64,000 bases of DNA from NCBI GenBank assembly GCA_047014445.1, contig JBKXPS010000002.1, positions 88,505 to 152,504 on the forward strand, written 5' to 3'. The notes beneath the pieces were generated by a model, which searched no databases, was not told the origin of the DNA, and was given only the letters and a program-made list of their open reading frames with translations. Positions 1-9,957 of this stretch are shown here, in pieces. The DNA is from Collinsella aerofaciens (GTDB lineage Bacteria > Actinomycetota > Coriobacteriia > Coriobacteriales > Coriobacteriaceae). Each line of letters starts with the position of its first letter. The stretch's first letter is position 1. The position numbers and the translations under genes are program-made.

Positions 1-90
1 AAGAACCCCCGCCGCACGAAGTGCGCAGCGGGGGTTCTTTCATGTCCGAGGACGCGCTGGGAAGTTACCCCATGCGGCCAGCGGACAACT
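1..90. repeat. Branched palindromic intergenic repeat (copy A, truncated by window edge)
   Basis: Stem AAGAACCCCCGC/GCGGGGGTTCTT encloses CGCAC-GAA-GTGCG and is followed by CATGTCCGAGGAC; homologous to 2433-2569. Confidence 0.8.
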
Positions 91-103
91 ATGTAGCCTT
101 GAA

Positions 104-835
104 CTAGAACATGCCCAAGAAACCGTGCACAAACAGCGCGGCCAGAGCGGCACCGACAAACGGTGCGATGCCAGGAACGAGCAGGCCGTACTTCCAGTTG
201 TTGTCGGCCTTGTTCTTAATCGGCAGCACCTGATAGGCCATGCGAGGACCAAGGTCACGAGCCTGGTTCATGGCGAAGCCGGTGATGCCGCCCATGCCCA
301 TACCAACGGCCCAAACGATCAGACCGACGCAGATAGCGAGCATCAAAACGTTCTCGCCAGCGCGGCTAGCGGCAGCAAGGATGGCGCTGATGAACACGAA
401 GGTGCAGATAGCCTCGCAGAAGAAGTTACGGGCATAGTTGGTGCCCTCGGTGGTGGGGTTGGTCGAGAAGATGTTGCGCTGAGCAATGGGATCGATGACA
501 CCATCGGAAGCCTTGAACTCATCGGCATACATCAACCACGCGATCACGGCACCCGCAAAGCCGCCGAGCATATCGGCAACCATGAAGGGGATGCAGCTGC
601 TCCACGGCACCAGGCCGACGATGCACTGGGCAAGCACCATGGCGGGGTTCATGCACACGGCGCCGCCAAAGATAAACAAAGCGACCGAGATGCCAAAAGA
701 CCAAGTGGTGATGGCAAACATATGACCAGAGCCCTGATACTTGGTGCCCTTGAGCACGGTATCGCAGTGTACGCCCACGCCAAAGATGATCATGAGGGCC
801 GTTGCGCCGAATTCGCAGAGGAGTTTGGTAAGCAT
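104..835 (-). CDS. MIP/aquaglyceroporin channel (GlpF/LarD-like)
   Basis: Hydrophobic 243 aa protein; EFGAT start, MNPA and MNQARDLGPR motifs; directly downstream of larA. Confidence 0.9.
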   Translation of the reverse strand: MLTKLLCEFGATALMIIFGVGVHCDTVLKGTKYQGSGHMFAITTWSFGISVALFIFGGAVCMNPAMVLAQCIVGLVPWSSCIPFMVADMLGGFAGAVIAWLMYADEFKASDGVIDPIAQRNIFSTNPTTEGTNYARNFFCEAICTFVFISAILAAASRAGENVLMLAICVGLIVWAVGMGMGGITGFAMNQARDLGPRMAYQVLPIKNKADNNWKYGLLVPGIAPFVGAALAALFVHGFLGMF

Positions 836-884
836 AAAACCTTATCTTTCTTGTCGGTTATAAACGATTCGTTTAGGCCGCGTA

Positions 885-2162
885 CTAGTGCTGAGCGACG
901 ACAACGCCCAGGCCATCGGGAATGACGGCCACCTTGGCATCGGCACCCTTCATCTCAAAGGCGAGCTTGAGCGCCTCATCGAGGGCGTTAACCGGCGTCA
1001 TGTGCATATCCTTGATCATCTGGTGATCGCACAGGTCGGTAACCATGATCACAGGGTGATGCGCCAGGATGCGGGCAAAGATCTGGCTCGTCCACTGGTC
1101 GGGCAGGGTCTCGTCCTTAGGACGGTCGATGCAGGCGCGCTCAAACTCTGCCGGATCATTGTCGGCGATGTTGTGATAGAAGCCCTCGCCACCGTGACCG
1201 TCGGCACAACCGGCGACATCGATGATCACGCCGCCCTCGGGAAGTGTGGCCTCTGCAGAGCACATGCCCTTCACGGCCTGATAGATGTTCTGGTCGAGCG
1301 GGTAGCCGCCGTTGGTGGTAATGGCAATCTCGCACTCGACGGGCTCAACGCCGGCAAGGCTCTTCACGAACTCGCAGCCAGCCTCGTGCGCCTTGTGGAT
1401 GTCGCCGGCAAAGGAGCCGATGACCTCGTGCTTGCCGTTGAGCACCACGTTGAGCACAAAGGCAAGGTGAGCCATCTCGGCAGCGGCAAACATGTCCTCG
1501 CTCACGTGGTTGTGGCACAGGTTGCCGGCACGCGAATGGGAATCGTTCACAAACTGACCGTTGTGGTTGTACATGATGGTCTTGTAGCTGGCGATACCAG
1601 GCAGAACGGACTTGCGGCTACCAGAGAAACCGGCAAAGAAGTGCGGCTCAATAAAGCCCTCGGCAAGCAGCAGATCGCAATCGGCAGCAATCTTGTTGAT
1701 GATGCACTCGCCGCCAGAAGGCAGGGTGCCGATCTTTTTCATCATGCTGTCATCGGTCGCGACGTGCATAACGATTTCCTCGTTGGCAACGATCTCCTCG
1801 CCGTACTTGTTGACGAGCTCCTCGTGCGTCGACGGACGATGCATACCCGTAGCAACCAGAATACGCACGCGAGCCTCGGGCGCAGCAGAATGGATGTGAT
1901 GCAGCAGAATAGGCATCGTCACACGCGAGGGAACGGGACGCGTATGATCGGAGCTAATAATGACGATATCCTTCTTGCCAGCACAAAGCTCCTCGAGCGA
2001 AGGCGAGCCATAAGGATTGGCAAGCGACTCCTCTACCAGCTCTTCCTGCGATTTTGTAGTCTTAAACTCGTTTTGATGACCTTCCATCACACCCGCGAAG
2101 TTCTTATCCTCGAGCTCCAGATGCAACGTCTTGTGGTCAAACGGCAGTTCACATTCAAACAA
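885..2162 (-). CDS. larA: Nickel-pincer-dependent lactate racemase family protein
   Basis: SDHTRP, ATGMHR, EPHFFAGFSGSRKSVLPG and GGYPLDQNIYQAVKG motifs; TTG start at 2162 behind RBS AAAGGAAGAGG (the ORF-track start at 2399 is over-extended). Confidence 0.88.
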   Translation of the reverse strand: MFECELPFDHKTLHLELEDKNFAGVMEGHQNEFKTTKSQEELVEESLANPYGSPSLEELCAGKKDIVIISSDHTRPVPSRVTMPILLHHIHSAAPEARVRILVATGMHRPSTHEELVNKYGEEIVANEEIVMHVATDDSMMKKIGTLPSGGECIINKIAADCDLLLAEGFIEPHFFAGFSGSRKSVLPGIASYKTIMYNHNGQFVNDSHSRAGNLCHNHVSEDMFAAAEMAHLAFVLNVVLNGKHEVIGSFAGDIHKAHEAGCEFVKSLAGVEPVECEIAITTNGGYPLDQNIYQAVKGMCSAEATLPEGGVIIDVAGCADGHGGEGFYHNIADNDPAEFERACIDRPKDETLPDQWTSQIFARILAHHPVIMVTDLCDHQMIKDMHMTPVNALDEALKLAFEMKGADAKVAVIPDGLGVVVAQH

Positions 2163-2432
2163 TGACGAGCGCCCTCTTCCTTTCAACTGACACACTAGAT
2201 AAACCGTTGGAAGGATACGCCGCTCACCGAAAAACACCACCGTCCACCGACTCATTAACACAACGTTCATATTTGACCCACAACAAAACGGCCACGATCC
2301 CAAACGGGACCGCAGCCGCCACAGTCGTAAGGCGAGAAGCACCAAACGCGCCGCCGGGACAGACCCCATCCAAAACGCGCGAAGCGCGCCATTATTCACC
2401 CAGCAGTAATCCGCCGAAGACCGGACATCGCA

Positions 2433-2569
2433 GGGCCCGCCATTAGTTTACTTTTAGGCACACTCCGCAGGACGCAAGAAGCCCTCGCCGCACGAAGTGC
2501 GCAGCGAGGGCTTCTTGCATGTCCGAGGACGTGCCTAAAAGTAAACTAATGGCGGGCCCGGACGACTAC
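2433..2569. repeat. Branched palindromic intergenic repeat (copy B)
   Basis: Perfect 29-bp inverted repeat 2433-2461/2531-2559 enclosing a 15-bp inner stem and GNA-loop mini-hairpins. Confidence 0.9.
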
Positions 2570-2580
2570 AGGGCTATCGA

Positions 2581-5406
2581 TTACCCCGTGTTCTGCAATC
2601 CTGCCGAGACGCCGGTCACAGTCGAAAGAATCAGGCTCATGTACTCGGCCTTCTTCTCCTCGGCCATCTCGTCCTGGTTCATACGCACCTCGCGAAGGGC
2701 GCGGACCTGGGCGATGGACAGGGCGTCGACGTAGGGGTTGCGCACGCGGACAGCGCAGCCGAGCACGCGGCGGCGCTGCAGCGGCCACTCGTCACCGACG
2801 ATGGCAAGGACCCACTTACGCGTGAGCTGCATCTCGGTGAAGACCTTCTCGGACAGATCCTGGCGATCGCCCAGGTGCAGATACATCTTGGCGATGCGCT
2901 GGTCGGTCTTGGCGATCGACATCTCAATGTTGTCGATAAAGGTGCGGAAGAACGGCCACTCCTGGTAGGCAGCCTTAAGCTGGTCCAGATCGCCAAGCTG
3001 CTCGCAGGCGGTGCCCAGACCGTACCAAGCGGCCAGGTTAATGCGCGCCTGGCTCCAGCTGAAGATCCACGGGATGGTACGCAGGTCATCGAGCGACTTG
3101 GCGCCCAGACCGCGCTTGGCGGGACGCGAGCCGATCGGCAGCAGACCGACCTCGGTCAGCGGCGTCACGGTCGAGAACCACGGTGTAAAGTCCTCGGTGT
3201 TCAGCAGGTCCAGATAGCGCTCGTGGCTTACGGCGTTGAGCTTCTCGGCCATATCCCAGAACTTCTGCGTGGTCTCGGTGTTGGTCTTCTCGACACTCGG
3301 GGCCGACTGCAAAAGCGTTGCGGCGGCAACGGACTCAACATGGCGCTGAGCCAGCGTGCGGTTGCCGTAACGGGCAAAGATGACCTCGCCCTGCTCGGTG
3401 AGCTTAAAGAAGCAATTGACCGAACCCTTGGGCTGCGCCAGCACGGCCTTGTTGGCCGGGCCGCCGCCACGGCCCACGGCACCGCCGCGACCGTGCATGA
3501 GCACCAGGTCGATATCGTTCTTCTCTGCCCACTTGGCGATGCGCTCCTGCGCGGAGTGCAGCGCAAGCATGGCCGTGGTAGGACCGGCATCCTTGGAGGA
3601 GTCGGAATAGCCCAGCATGACCTCCATGCGGCGGTTGGTCTGGGCAAGGCGCTTTTGCACCACGGGCAGCGTAAGCATCTGGTCGAGCACGTCGACGCAG
3701 CCCTCGAGGTCCTCGAGCTGCTCGAACAGCGGGATCACGTCGAGCTCGGGGACATCCTCCTCGTGTGCAAAGGACAGGTGGGCAAGCTCAAAGACGTCGG
3801 CCACATGCTGGGCGCTCTTGGTGAACGAAATGATGTAGCGGTGCGTCATCTTCTTGCCGTAGCGCTTTTGGATGGAGCCGATAGCGCGGAAGGTATCGAT
3901 GACCTCGCGCGTCATGGGCTGCAGGTCGCCGTGGATACCGTTCTCGTGGATATCCTTGAGGGCGCGGGCGTGCACCACGGAGTGCTGACGGAACTCCATT
4001 TCGACCATATGGAAGCCGAAGGACTCGACCTGCCAGATAATGGTCTGGACCGGGCCGTAGGCAGCACGGACGGCACCGCAGGCGGCCAGCGAACGCTGGA
4101 CGACGCGCAGGTCATCCAGGAACTCGTCGGCGCTGTGGTACATGGTGTCGGTGATACGACGGACGGTGGCGTTCAGGCGGTCGGCCATGACGAGCATGAC
4201 GGCGCGATGCGGCTCGTGCTCGGAGATCAGCTCGGCGCGGGCCGTGTAACGAGGGCTCATCTCGACCTGATGGTTCCACAGGTTAATGAGCTCGGCCGAC
4301 GGCTTGCTGTAGGTAGCCTCGAGCGTGAGGTTGCGGCCGATGTGGCGGCACTTGTCCTCGAGCTTGAGCACCATGTGCGTAAAGTACTTGGCGGCGACCT
4401 CACGGCTCACCTTGGCGGTGACGTTGGGGTTACCGTCGCGGTCGGAACCGATCCAGCTGCCGGGATGGAAGAACGCCGGGCACAGCGGCGGCACAGTACC
4501 GGCCTTGTCGCCCAGCACCCAATCGTCAAAACGACGATAGATAACGGGGATAACGTCGAACAGCGTGTTATCGAAGATGTCGATGATGGTATCGGCTTCC
4601 TCGACCGGCGTGGGCTTCTTGAGCGCGATGGGACTCGTACGCACCAGGGCGTCGATCTCCTGCAGCATATGGCGCTCGTTCTCCACCAGGTCGGAGCCGC
4701 CCAGACGCGGACGCTCCTCCAGCAGGTTGGAGATACGGCTGATCTTGCCCTCGACGGCCTTACGACGGGCCTCGGTGGGATGTGCGGTAAAGACAGGGTG
4801 GAACTCGAGCTTGTCGAGCAGCTCGTTGGCACCCTCGACACCCAGCTCATTCACCAGCTGGTGATAGGCAACGGTAAGCTCGTTGGCAGGATCGACCTCG
4901 GTATCGGTCGACGCACCGGCCTCGCGCTCGCGCAGCTGCGCCACACGGTAGTTCTCCTCCGACAGGTTTGCCAGATGGAAAAAGCTCGTAAAGGCGCGAA
5001 CGATGACCTGCTGCTTATCGAGCGGCAGGCTGTCGATCAAATCGACGACCTCACGAAATGCCACGGCAGTGGGCTCGTCGGCGGTGGGCACGCCCTGCTC
5101 GTCGACGGCTTCGTCGGCAGCGCAGGTACCGGGGTTGCCGGCATTGACCACAATCTCGGCTGTCAAAATCTTGTCGAACAGGTCCGCGATCTCGGGATCA
5201 TACTCGCTAAGCACACGGCGCTCCAGGCGCAAGAACAGCGCCAGATTGTCGCGCAGCTCCTCGGGGATCTCGATCTCGGCGAGACGCTCCCTGGACTCGG
5301 CATTCGAGCCGATTCGGTTAACGAGGCGGTTGACCACGGCAGCGACGCGCGCCGCGGCTTCGGGTACAGACTGGTTGCTTAGGTTCTCAGCCACGTTTCC
5401 TCCCAT
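2581..5406 (-). CDS. ppc: Phosphoenolpyruvate carboxylase
   Basis: VFTAHPTE, WIGSDRDGNP, MLGYSDSSKD, HGRGGAVGRGG, LRTIPWIFSWSQ and C-terminal LQNTG; start may be GTG at 5394. Confidence 0.97.
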   Translation of the reverse strand: MGGNVAENLSNQSVPEAAARVAAVVNRLVNRIGSNAESRERLAEIEIPEELRDNLALFLRLERRVLSEYDPEIADLFDKILTAEIVVNAGNPGTCAADEAVDEQGVPTADEPTAVAFREVVDLIDSLPLDKQQVIVRAFTSFFHLANLSEENYRVAQLREREAGASTDTEVDPANELTVAYHQLVNELGVEGANELLDKLEFHPVFTAHPTEARRKAVEGKISRISNLLEERPRLGGSDLVENERHMLQEIDALVRTSPIALKKPTPVEEADTIIDIFDNTLFDVIPVIYRRFDDWVLGDKAGTVPPLCPAFFHPGSWIGSDRDGNPNVTAKVSREVAAKYFTHMVLKLEDKCRHIGRNLTLEATYSKPSAELINLWNHQVEMSPRYTARAELISEHEPHRAVMLVMADRLNATVRRITDTMYHSADEFLDDLRVVQRSLAACGAVRAAYGPVQTIIWQVESFGFHMVEMEFRQHSVVHARALKDIHENGIHGDLQPMTREVIDTFRAIGSIQKRYGKKMTHRYIISFTKSAQHVADVFELAHLSFAHEEDVPELDVIPLFEQLEDLEGCVDVLDQMLTLPVVQKRLAQTNRRMEVMLGYSDSSKDAGPTTAMLALHSAQERIAKWAEKNDIDLVLMHGRGGAVGRGGGPANKAVLAQPKGSVNCFFKLTEQGEVIFARYGNRTLAQRHVESVAAATLLQSAPSVEKTNTETTQKFWDMAEKLNAVSHERYLDLLNTEDFTPWFSTVTPLTEVGLLPIGSRPAKRGLGAKSLDDLRTIPWIFSWSQARINLAAWYGLGTACEQLGDLDQLKAAYQEWPFFRTFIDNIEMSIAKTDQRIAKMYLHLGDRQDLSEKVFTEMQLTRKWVLAIVGDEWPLQRRRVLGCAVRVRNPYVDALSIAQVRALREVRMNQDEMAEEKKAEYMSLILSTVTGVSAGLQNTG

Positions 5407-5651
5407 TCCTCCTTCTATGCACGTAACATGCGGTATTCATTATAGGCGCTTGAGAAATACTTTCGACACTGATTGCGCTTTACCACACAAAAGTATTTTC
5501 TGCATTGCAAAGGTTTTTGCCCTAAATGGTCGTATTTCTCGGTGGGCGGCATACGTAAACGGGGGCATTCCGCATAAAAGCGAAACACCCCCGTAACAAT
5601 CGCTCTCCATGAGCAGGGCACGTTAGCAGGCCCGAAGCTCAAAAAGATGCG

Positions 5652-6971
5652 CTACAGGCGCTCGCGAACCGCCTCGACGACGTTGTCCAGATCGGCGAGC
5701 ACCTCGTCATGGCTCTGCATGTCGCGCACTTTGACCTTGCCGGCGGCAAGCTCGTCGCCACCCAGGACCAAGATGAGCTTGGCGCCTACCTTATCGGCTT
5801 GCTTAAACTGGGCCTTGAGCGAACGACCCTGATAGTCGGCCTCGGTCACGATACCTGCGGCGCGAAGCTCCTGCGTAATGGCAAAGACGTTCTGACGCAG
5901 CTCCTTGCCGGCGTTGGCGACATAGACGCACGGGGCCTCATCGGCACCCAAATCGCTGCCAAAGGCCTGCAGGGCCAGCAGGGCGCGCTCAAAACCGACA
6001 GCAAAGCCGACGCCCGCCGTGGGCTTGCCACCCTCGAGCTCGACCAGGCCATCGTAGCGGCCGCCGCCGCCGATGGAGCCGACGCCGGCGCCAGGGGCCT
6101 CGACCTCAAAGACAGTACGGGTGTAGTAGTCCAGGCCGCGCACCAAGGTGGGATCCTCGACATACTCGATACCGGCGGCATCCAGATAGCGCTTGACCTG
6201 CTCGTAGTGCTCGCGGCACTCATCGCACAGGTTGTCACCCATCAGCGGAGCCTCGGCCATGATCTCGCGGCAGTGGTCGTTCTTGCAGTCGAAGGCACGC
6301 AGCGGGTTGAGCTCGGCGCGCTCGCGGCACTCATCGCACATCTCGTCGGCGTGATCGAGGATGAACTGCTTAACCTGCTCGCGATAAGCCGGACGGCACT
6401 GGGCGTCACCCATCGAGTTGATGAGCAGACGAAGCTTGGAAAGATCGAAGCCCAGGCGCTTGTAGAACTCCATGAGCATGATGATGCACTCGGCGTCTGC
6501 CGCCGGATCGGGAGCGCCGAGCCACTCGATGCCCACCTGGTGGAACTGGCGCAGGCGGCCCTTCTGGGGACGCTCGCCGCGGAACATGGCCTCGGCGTAG
6601 TAAGCCTTAAACGGCGTGGAGCCCTGGGGCACCAGATTGTTCTCGACGACGGCGCGCACCACGCCGGCCGTGCCCTCGGGGCGAAGTGCCAGGCGCTGCT
6701 TGGGCTTGAGTTTGGTGTCGGTGCCCTCGGTAAAGACGCGCTCCAGGTTGGCACCGCTGAACACGCGGAACATTTCCTTGCGCACGACGTCGGTCGACTG
6801 GCCGATACCGTGGACAAACACGTCAACCTGCTCGATCGCGGGCGTCTCGATGGGTTTAAAACCAAACGGCTCGAACACGCCGGCCGCAATCTGCTGCATC
6901 TTTTGCCAGGCGCGCATCTCGGCGCCGATAAGGTCGCGGGTTCCCTCCGCCTTCTGTGCCTGCATGGGCAA
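5652..6971 (-). CDS. hisS: Histidine-tRNA ligase
   Basis: GTRD, LRPEGTA, FRGERPQKGRLRQFHQ, VRGLDYYT and GGGRYD motifs. Confidence 0.97.
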   Translation of the reverse strand: MPMQAQKAEGTRDLIGAEMRAWQKMQQIAAGVFEPFGFKPIETPAIEQVDVFVHGIGQSTDVVRKEMFRVFSGANLERVFTEGTDTKLKPKQRLALRPEGTAGVVRAVVENNLVPQGSTPFKAYYAEAMFRGERPQKGRLRQFHQVGIEWLGAPDPAADAECIIMLMEFYKRLGFDLSKLRLLINSMGDAQCRPAYREQVKQFILDHADEMCDECRERAELNPLRAFDCKNDHCREIMAEAPLMGDNLCDECREHYEQVKRYLDAAGIEYVEDPTLVRGLDYYTRTVFEVEAPGAGVGSIGGGGRYDGLVELEGGKPTAGVGFAVGFERALLALQAFGSDLGADEAPCVYVANAGKELRQNVFAITQELRAAGIVTEADYQGRSLKAQFKQADKVGAKLILVLGGDELAAGKVKVRDMQSHDEVLADLDNVVEAVRERL

Positions 6972-7127
6972 ACACCTTTCTTTTGTATCGCGTCATAGGT
7001 AGTGGACATTATACGGCACAAAGCAGCAACGCGGCGGCGCGCCTGACCGAACGAGGGTATGGGGACTCGTTCGGCCAGACGCGCCGCCGCGGACGAAGCG
7101 GACAAGCGGCGATGCGCTTTGGCCTAC

Positions 7128-7300
7128 CTACTCCCCCGCCACGCTCGCGCGCAGCTTGGCGGCGATGGGCTCGGATGCCAGCAGGAACACGAGCATGACC
7201 ACGGAGCACGCCAGGCACACGATCCAGGTGCTCGCAAAGGAGCCCGTGGCATCGAACAGCACGCCCGAGACAATGGCGCCGGTAGTGCCCAAAATTGCCT
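7128..7300 (-). pseudogene. C-terminal remnant of an MFS transporter
   Basis: GAIVSGVLFDATGSFASTWIVCL resembles the last two MFS helices; no N-terminal part present. Confidence 0.55.
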
Positions 7301-7361
7301 TGAAAGACAAGGGCATAGGCCTTACGGCCATGCCCGCAGGCTTGAAAGGCAAGGTTGGATG

Positions 7362-8657
7362 CTACCGGTGGTCGGCGATATAGCCCAAAGCGACGGCGGT
7401 ATAGGCCGCGGCGCCGAGCGGCAGCTCGGCATCGCTAAAGCATGCCTTGGGATGGTGTTGGGCAAAGTGCTCGTCCGTATCGGTCACAGCTGCGCCCACG
7501 GTAAAGTACGCACTCGGGATCTCGCTCGAGATCAGCGCGAAGTCCTCGCTCGCCATGGCGTGGAACAGCGGCAGGAAGGCGGCCTTGGGCAGCACCGCGC
7601 CCACGTAGCCAAGCGACGCCTGGGTCATGTCGTCATCGAGTACGAGCGGGGGAACATCCGAGAGTGTCTCGAGGGTCGCCGGCGTGCGATACGTTGCGGC
7701 CACGCCGTTAACGACCTCGGCGATACGCTCCTTGAGATGAGCCATGAGCTCGACATCGAAGCCACGCAGCGTTCCCTCGAGCACACAAGTGTCGGGGATG
7801 ACATTTGCGGCCTGACCGCCGGCGAACTTGCCAACGGTAAGCGCGACCTCCTTAGCCGCCGGCACTTCGCGAGCGATAAGCTCCTGAAGCGCCAGATGCA
7901 CATGCACGCCGGCCGTGATGGGGTCGATGCAAATCTCGGGGCTCGAGCCATGGCCGCCCTTGCCCTGAAGCGTGATACGAAAACCGTACACGCCCGAGAG
8001 CGCCGGGCTGCCGTAGAGCACCAGGCCGAGCGGCGACTGGCTATTGACATGCATGGCAAAGGCGACCTGAGGACGCGGGTTCTGCAGCAGACCGTCGGCG
8101 ATGGCGGCGCGGGCACCCTCAAAGGTTTCCTCGCCCGGCTGGAACAGCAACTTAACCGTAGCGTTGGCATCAACAAGCTCTGCCTCGCGAGCTTTGAGCA
8201 TACGAGCCGCACCAAGCAGCGCCGTCGCGTGCATATCGTGACCGCAAGCGTGCATGCAGCCGTTGGTGGATGCAAAGGGCTCGCCGGATTCCTCGGCAAC
8301 GGGCAGGGCGTCCATGTCGCCACGAAGCATGATGACCGTACCGGCCTGCTCATTCGTGCAGACGCCATTGCCTTGGGCCGCGGCGGCACCGGCGCCGACA
8401 AGGCCCACAACGCAGGAACCATCGACGAGCGTTGCAAATGGGATGTCCATCTCGGTCAGGCGCGCTTGGATATACGTAGAGGTCTGCGGGAGGCTATTAC
8501 CCAGCTCGGGCATCTGATGTAAATCGTGTCGCCACGCAGCGAGCTCGTCTGCAAAAGCCTGAGCTTCTGCAACAAGACCGTCACCGATAGCGGTCTGCGC
8601 CGCCGCGGTGGCCTTGGGCGCTGATTGCGGTTGAAGATCGGACAGTGCTGGTGCCAT
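7362..8657 (-). CDS. M20 family amidohydrolase (hippurate hydrolase-like)
   Basis: RHDLHQMPEL, LRGDMDALP, MHACGHD, FQPGEE, GKGGHG and SEDF motifs; RBS GGAGGG before ATG 8657. Confidence 0.92.
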   Translation of the reverse strand: MAPALSDLQPQSAPKATAAAQTAIGDGLVAEAQAFADELAAWRHDLHQMPELGNSLPQTSTYIQARLTEMDIPFATLVDGSCVVGLVGAGAAAAQGNGVCTNEQAGTVIMLRGDMDALPVAEESGEPFASTNGCMHACGHDMHATALLGAARMLKAREAELVDANATVKLLFQPGEETFEGARAAIADGLLQNPRPQVAFAMHVNSQSPLGLVLYGSPALSGVYGFRITLQGKGGHGSSPEICIDPITAGVHVHLALQELIAREVPAAKEVALTVGKFAGGQAANVIPDTCVLEGTLRGFDVELMAHLKERIAEVVNGVAATYRTPATLETLSDVPPLVLDDDMTQASLGYVGAVLPKAAFLPLFHAMASEDFALISSEIPSAYFTVGAAVTDTDEHFAQHHPKACFSDAELPLGAAAYTAVALGYIADHR

Positions 8658-8772
8658 AGATGCCCTCCAGTAACGTTTTTGCAGCAAGCACTTTGATAGC
8701 GTAAAGTGCAAGGTACTACTTTAAGGGCGACGCATAAAAAATGCCGCCCCGGGAGGCGGCGCAACAAATTGT

Positions 8773-9756
8773 TTACAATTGCGGACGCGGCTTTCGACGC
8801 AAAAAATCGAAATGCGTCTCGCTCAAGATAATCGAAAGAAAGATGAGCGCGAAGCCGGCGAGCAGGCGCGAGGTGAGCGCCTCCCCCATCAGCAGCACCG
8901 AGAACAGCACGCCCGAAGGCGACTCCATCGAAAGGAGCAGTGAGCCCGTCGAGGCCGAGACATGCGCCAGGCCGACGTTTTGGATGAGCAGAGCCGCGCA
9001 TGTGCAACCAACCGAGAGAAACGCCATCGCGCTGATAAAGCTCGGCGTCCACACGGACAGAGGCGCTTGGGTCTCGAATAGCAGCGACGTTGCCAGGCTC
9101 AGCACGCCGTTGCCCACAAACATCCAAAACGTGATGACGTTGATGTCCATTTTGCGACCGTACTTGGCAGTCACCGCCATCTGGATGGCGAAAAAGACCG
9201 CACCCGCCAGCGTAATGACATCACCGATGTTGAATTCAACGCTATCGAGCGCCACCAAGCCAATGCCCGCCAAGCACAGCAGCGCCGCGCCCAGGTTATA
9301 GCGGGTGAGTTTTTCGCCGCTCAGAAAATAGCTCGCGAACGGCACAACGATGCAATACGTGCCCGTCAAAAAAGCATTCTTGCCCGCCGTGGTGTGCGCC
9401 AGACCGACTGTCTGCAGGGCGTAGGCGGCCCACATAAGTGCGCCCATGCCAAGTCCGACGATAAGGTTGCGGGCGTTGAGGTGCGCGATGATGCGCTTGT
9501 GGAAGATGAAAAACATGACCAACGCCGCAGGCAGAAAGCGCACGTAGAGCAGTTCGAACACCGGAATGGTGTCGAGCGCGTCCTTCATGGTCGTAAAGGA
9601 GTAGCCCCAGACGACTGCCACCGAAAGCAGCAGGACTTTCCAGAACAGCGGCGAGCGAGCGCCGGCGCCGCGGGAGGTGCCGCCCGCGCCCAGGTCCTCG
9701 CGAGCAACAGGGCTATCGGGCATCATTTCGATATTGTCAGTGGCATGCTGGGCCAT
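8773..9756 (-). CDS. DMT/EamA family transporter
   Basis: About 10 TM segments; WGYSF, QTVGLAHTTAGKNAFL and GDVITL motifs. Confidence 0.9.
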   Translation of the reverse strand: MAQHATDNIEMMPDSPVAREDLGAGGTSRGAGARSPLFWKVLLLSVAVVWGYSFTTMKDALDTIPVFELLYVRFLPAALVMFFIFHKRIIAHLNARNLIVGLGMGALMWAAYALQTVGLAHTTAGKNAFLTGTYCIVVPFASYFLSGEKLTRYNLGAALLCLAGIGLVALDSVEFNIGDVITLAGAVFFAIQMAVTAKYGRKMDINVITFWMFVGNGVLSLATSLLFETQAPLSVWTPSFISAMAFLSVGCTCAALLIQNVGLAHVSASTGSLLLSMESPSGVLFSVLLMGEALTSRLLAGFALIFLSIILSETHFDFLRRKPRPQL

Positions 9757-9957
9757 AGGGCATCCTCGCGCTCAATCTGGGCGTGGTGTCCGCACGCGCA
9801 TGGCTGCGTGCCGCCTCATGGTCAAATAAAAGCAGGGCGCACCGGACCCCCGGCACGCCCCGCTACTGTAGCAACAACCAAGCAGCCCGTGCAATTCACT
9901 ACGCTAAAGCATCGGGTTGGAAGATCTCGATGTTCCGACGGCGTTTACGTTGCTGAA

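Noticed and set aside
2163..2399. N-terminal extension of LarA given by the ORF track
   Set aside because: Non-protein-like sequence; a strong RBS supports the TTG start at 2162
2875..5382. Long antisense ORFs (835 aa here; also opposite hisS, htpG, serS, the ATPase and pyk)
   Set aside because: Shadow frames produced by GC-rich codon bias of the real genes; no recognisable motifs
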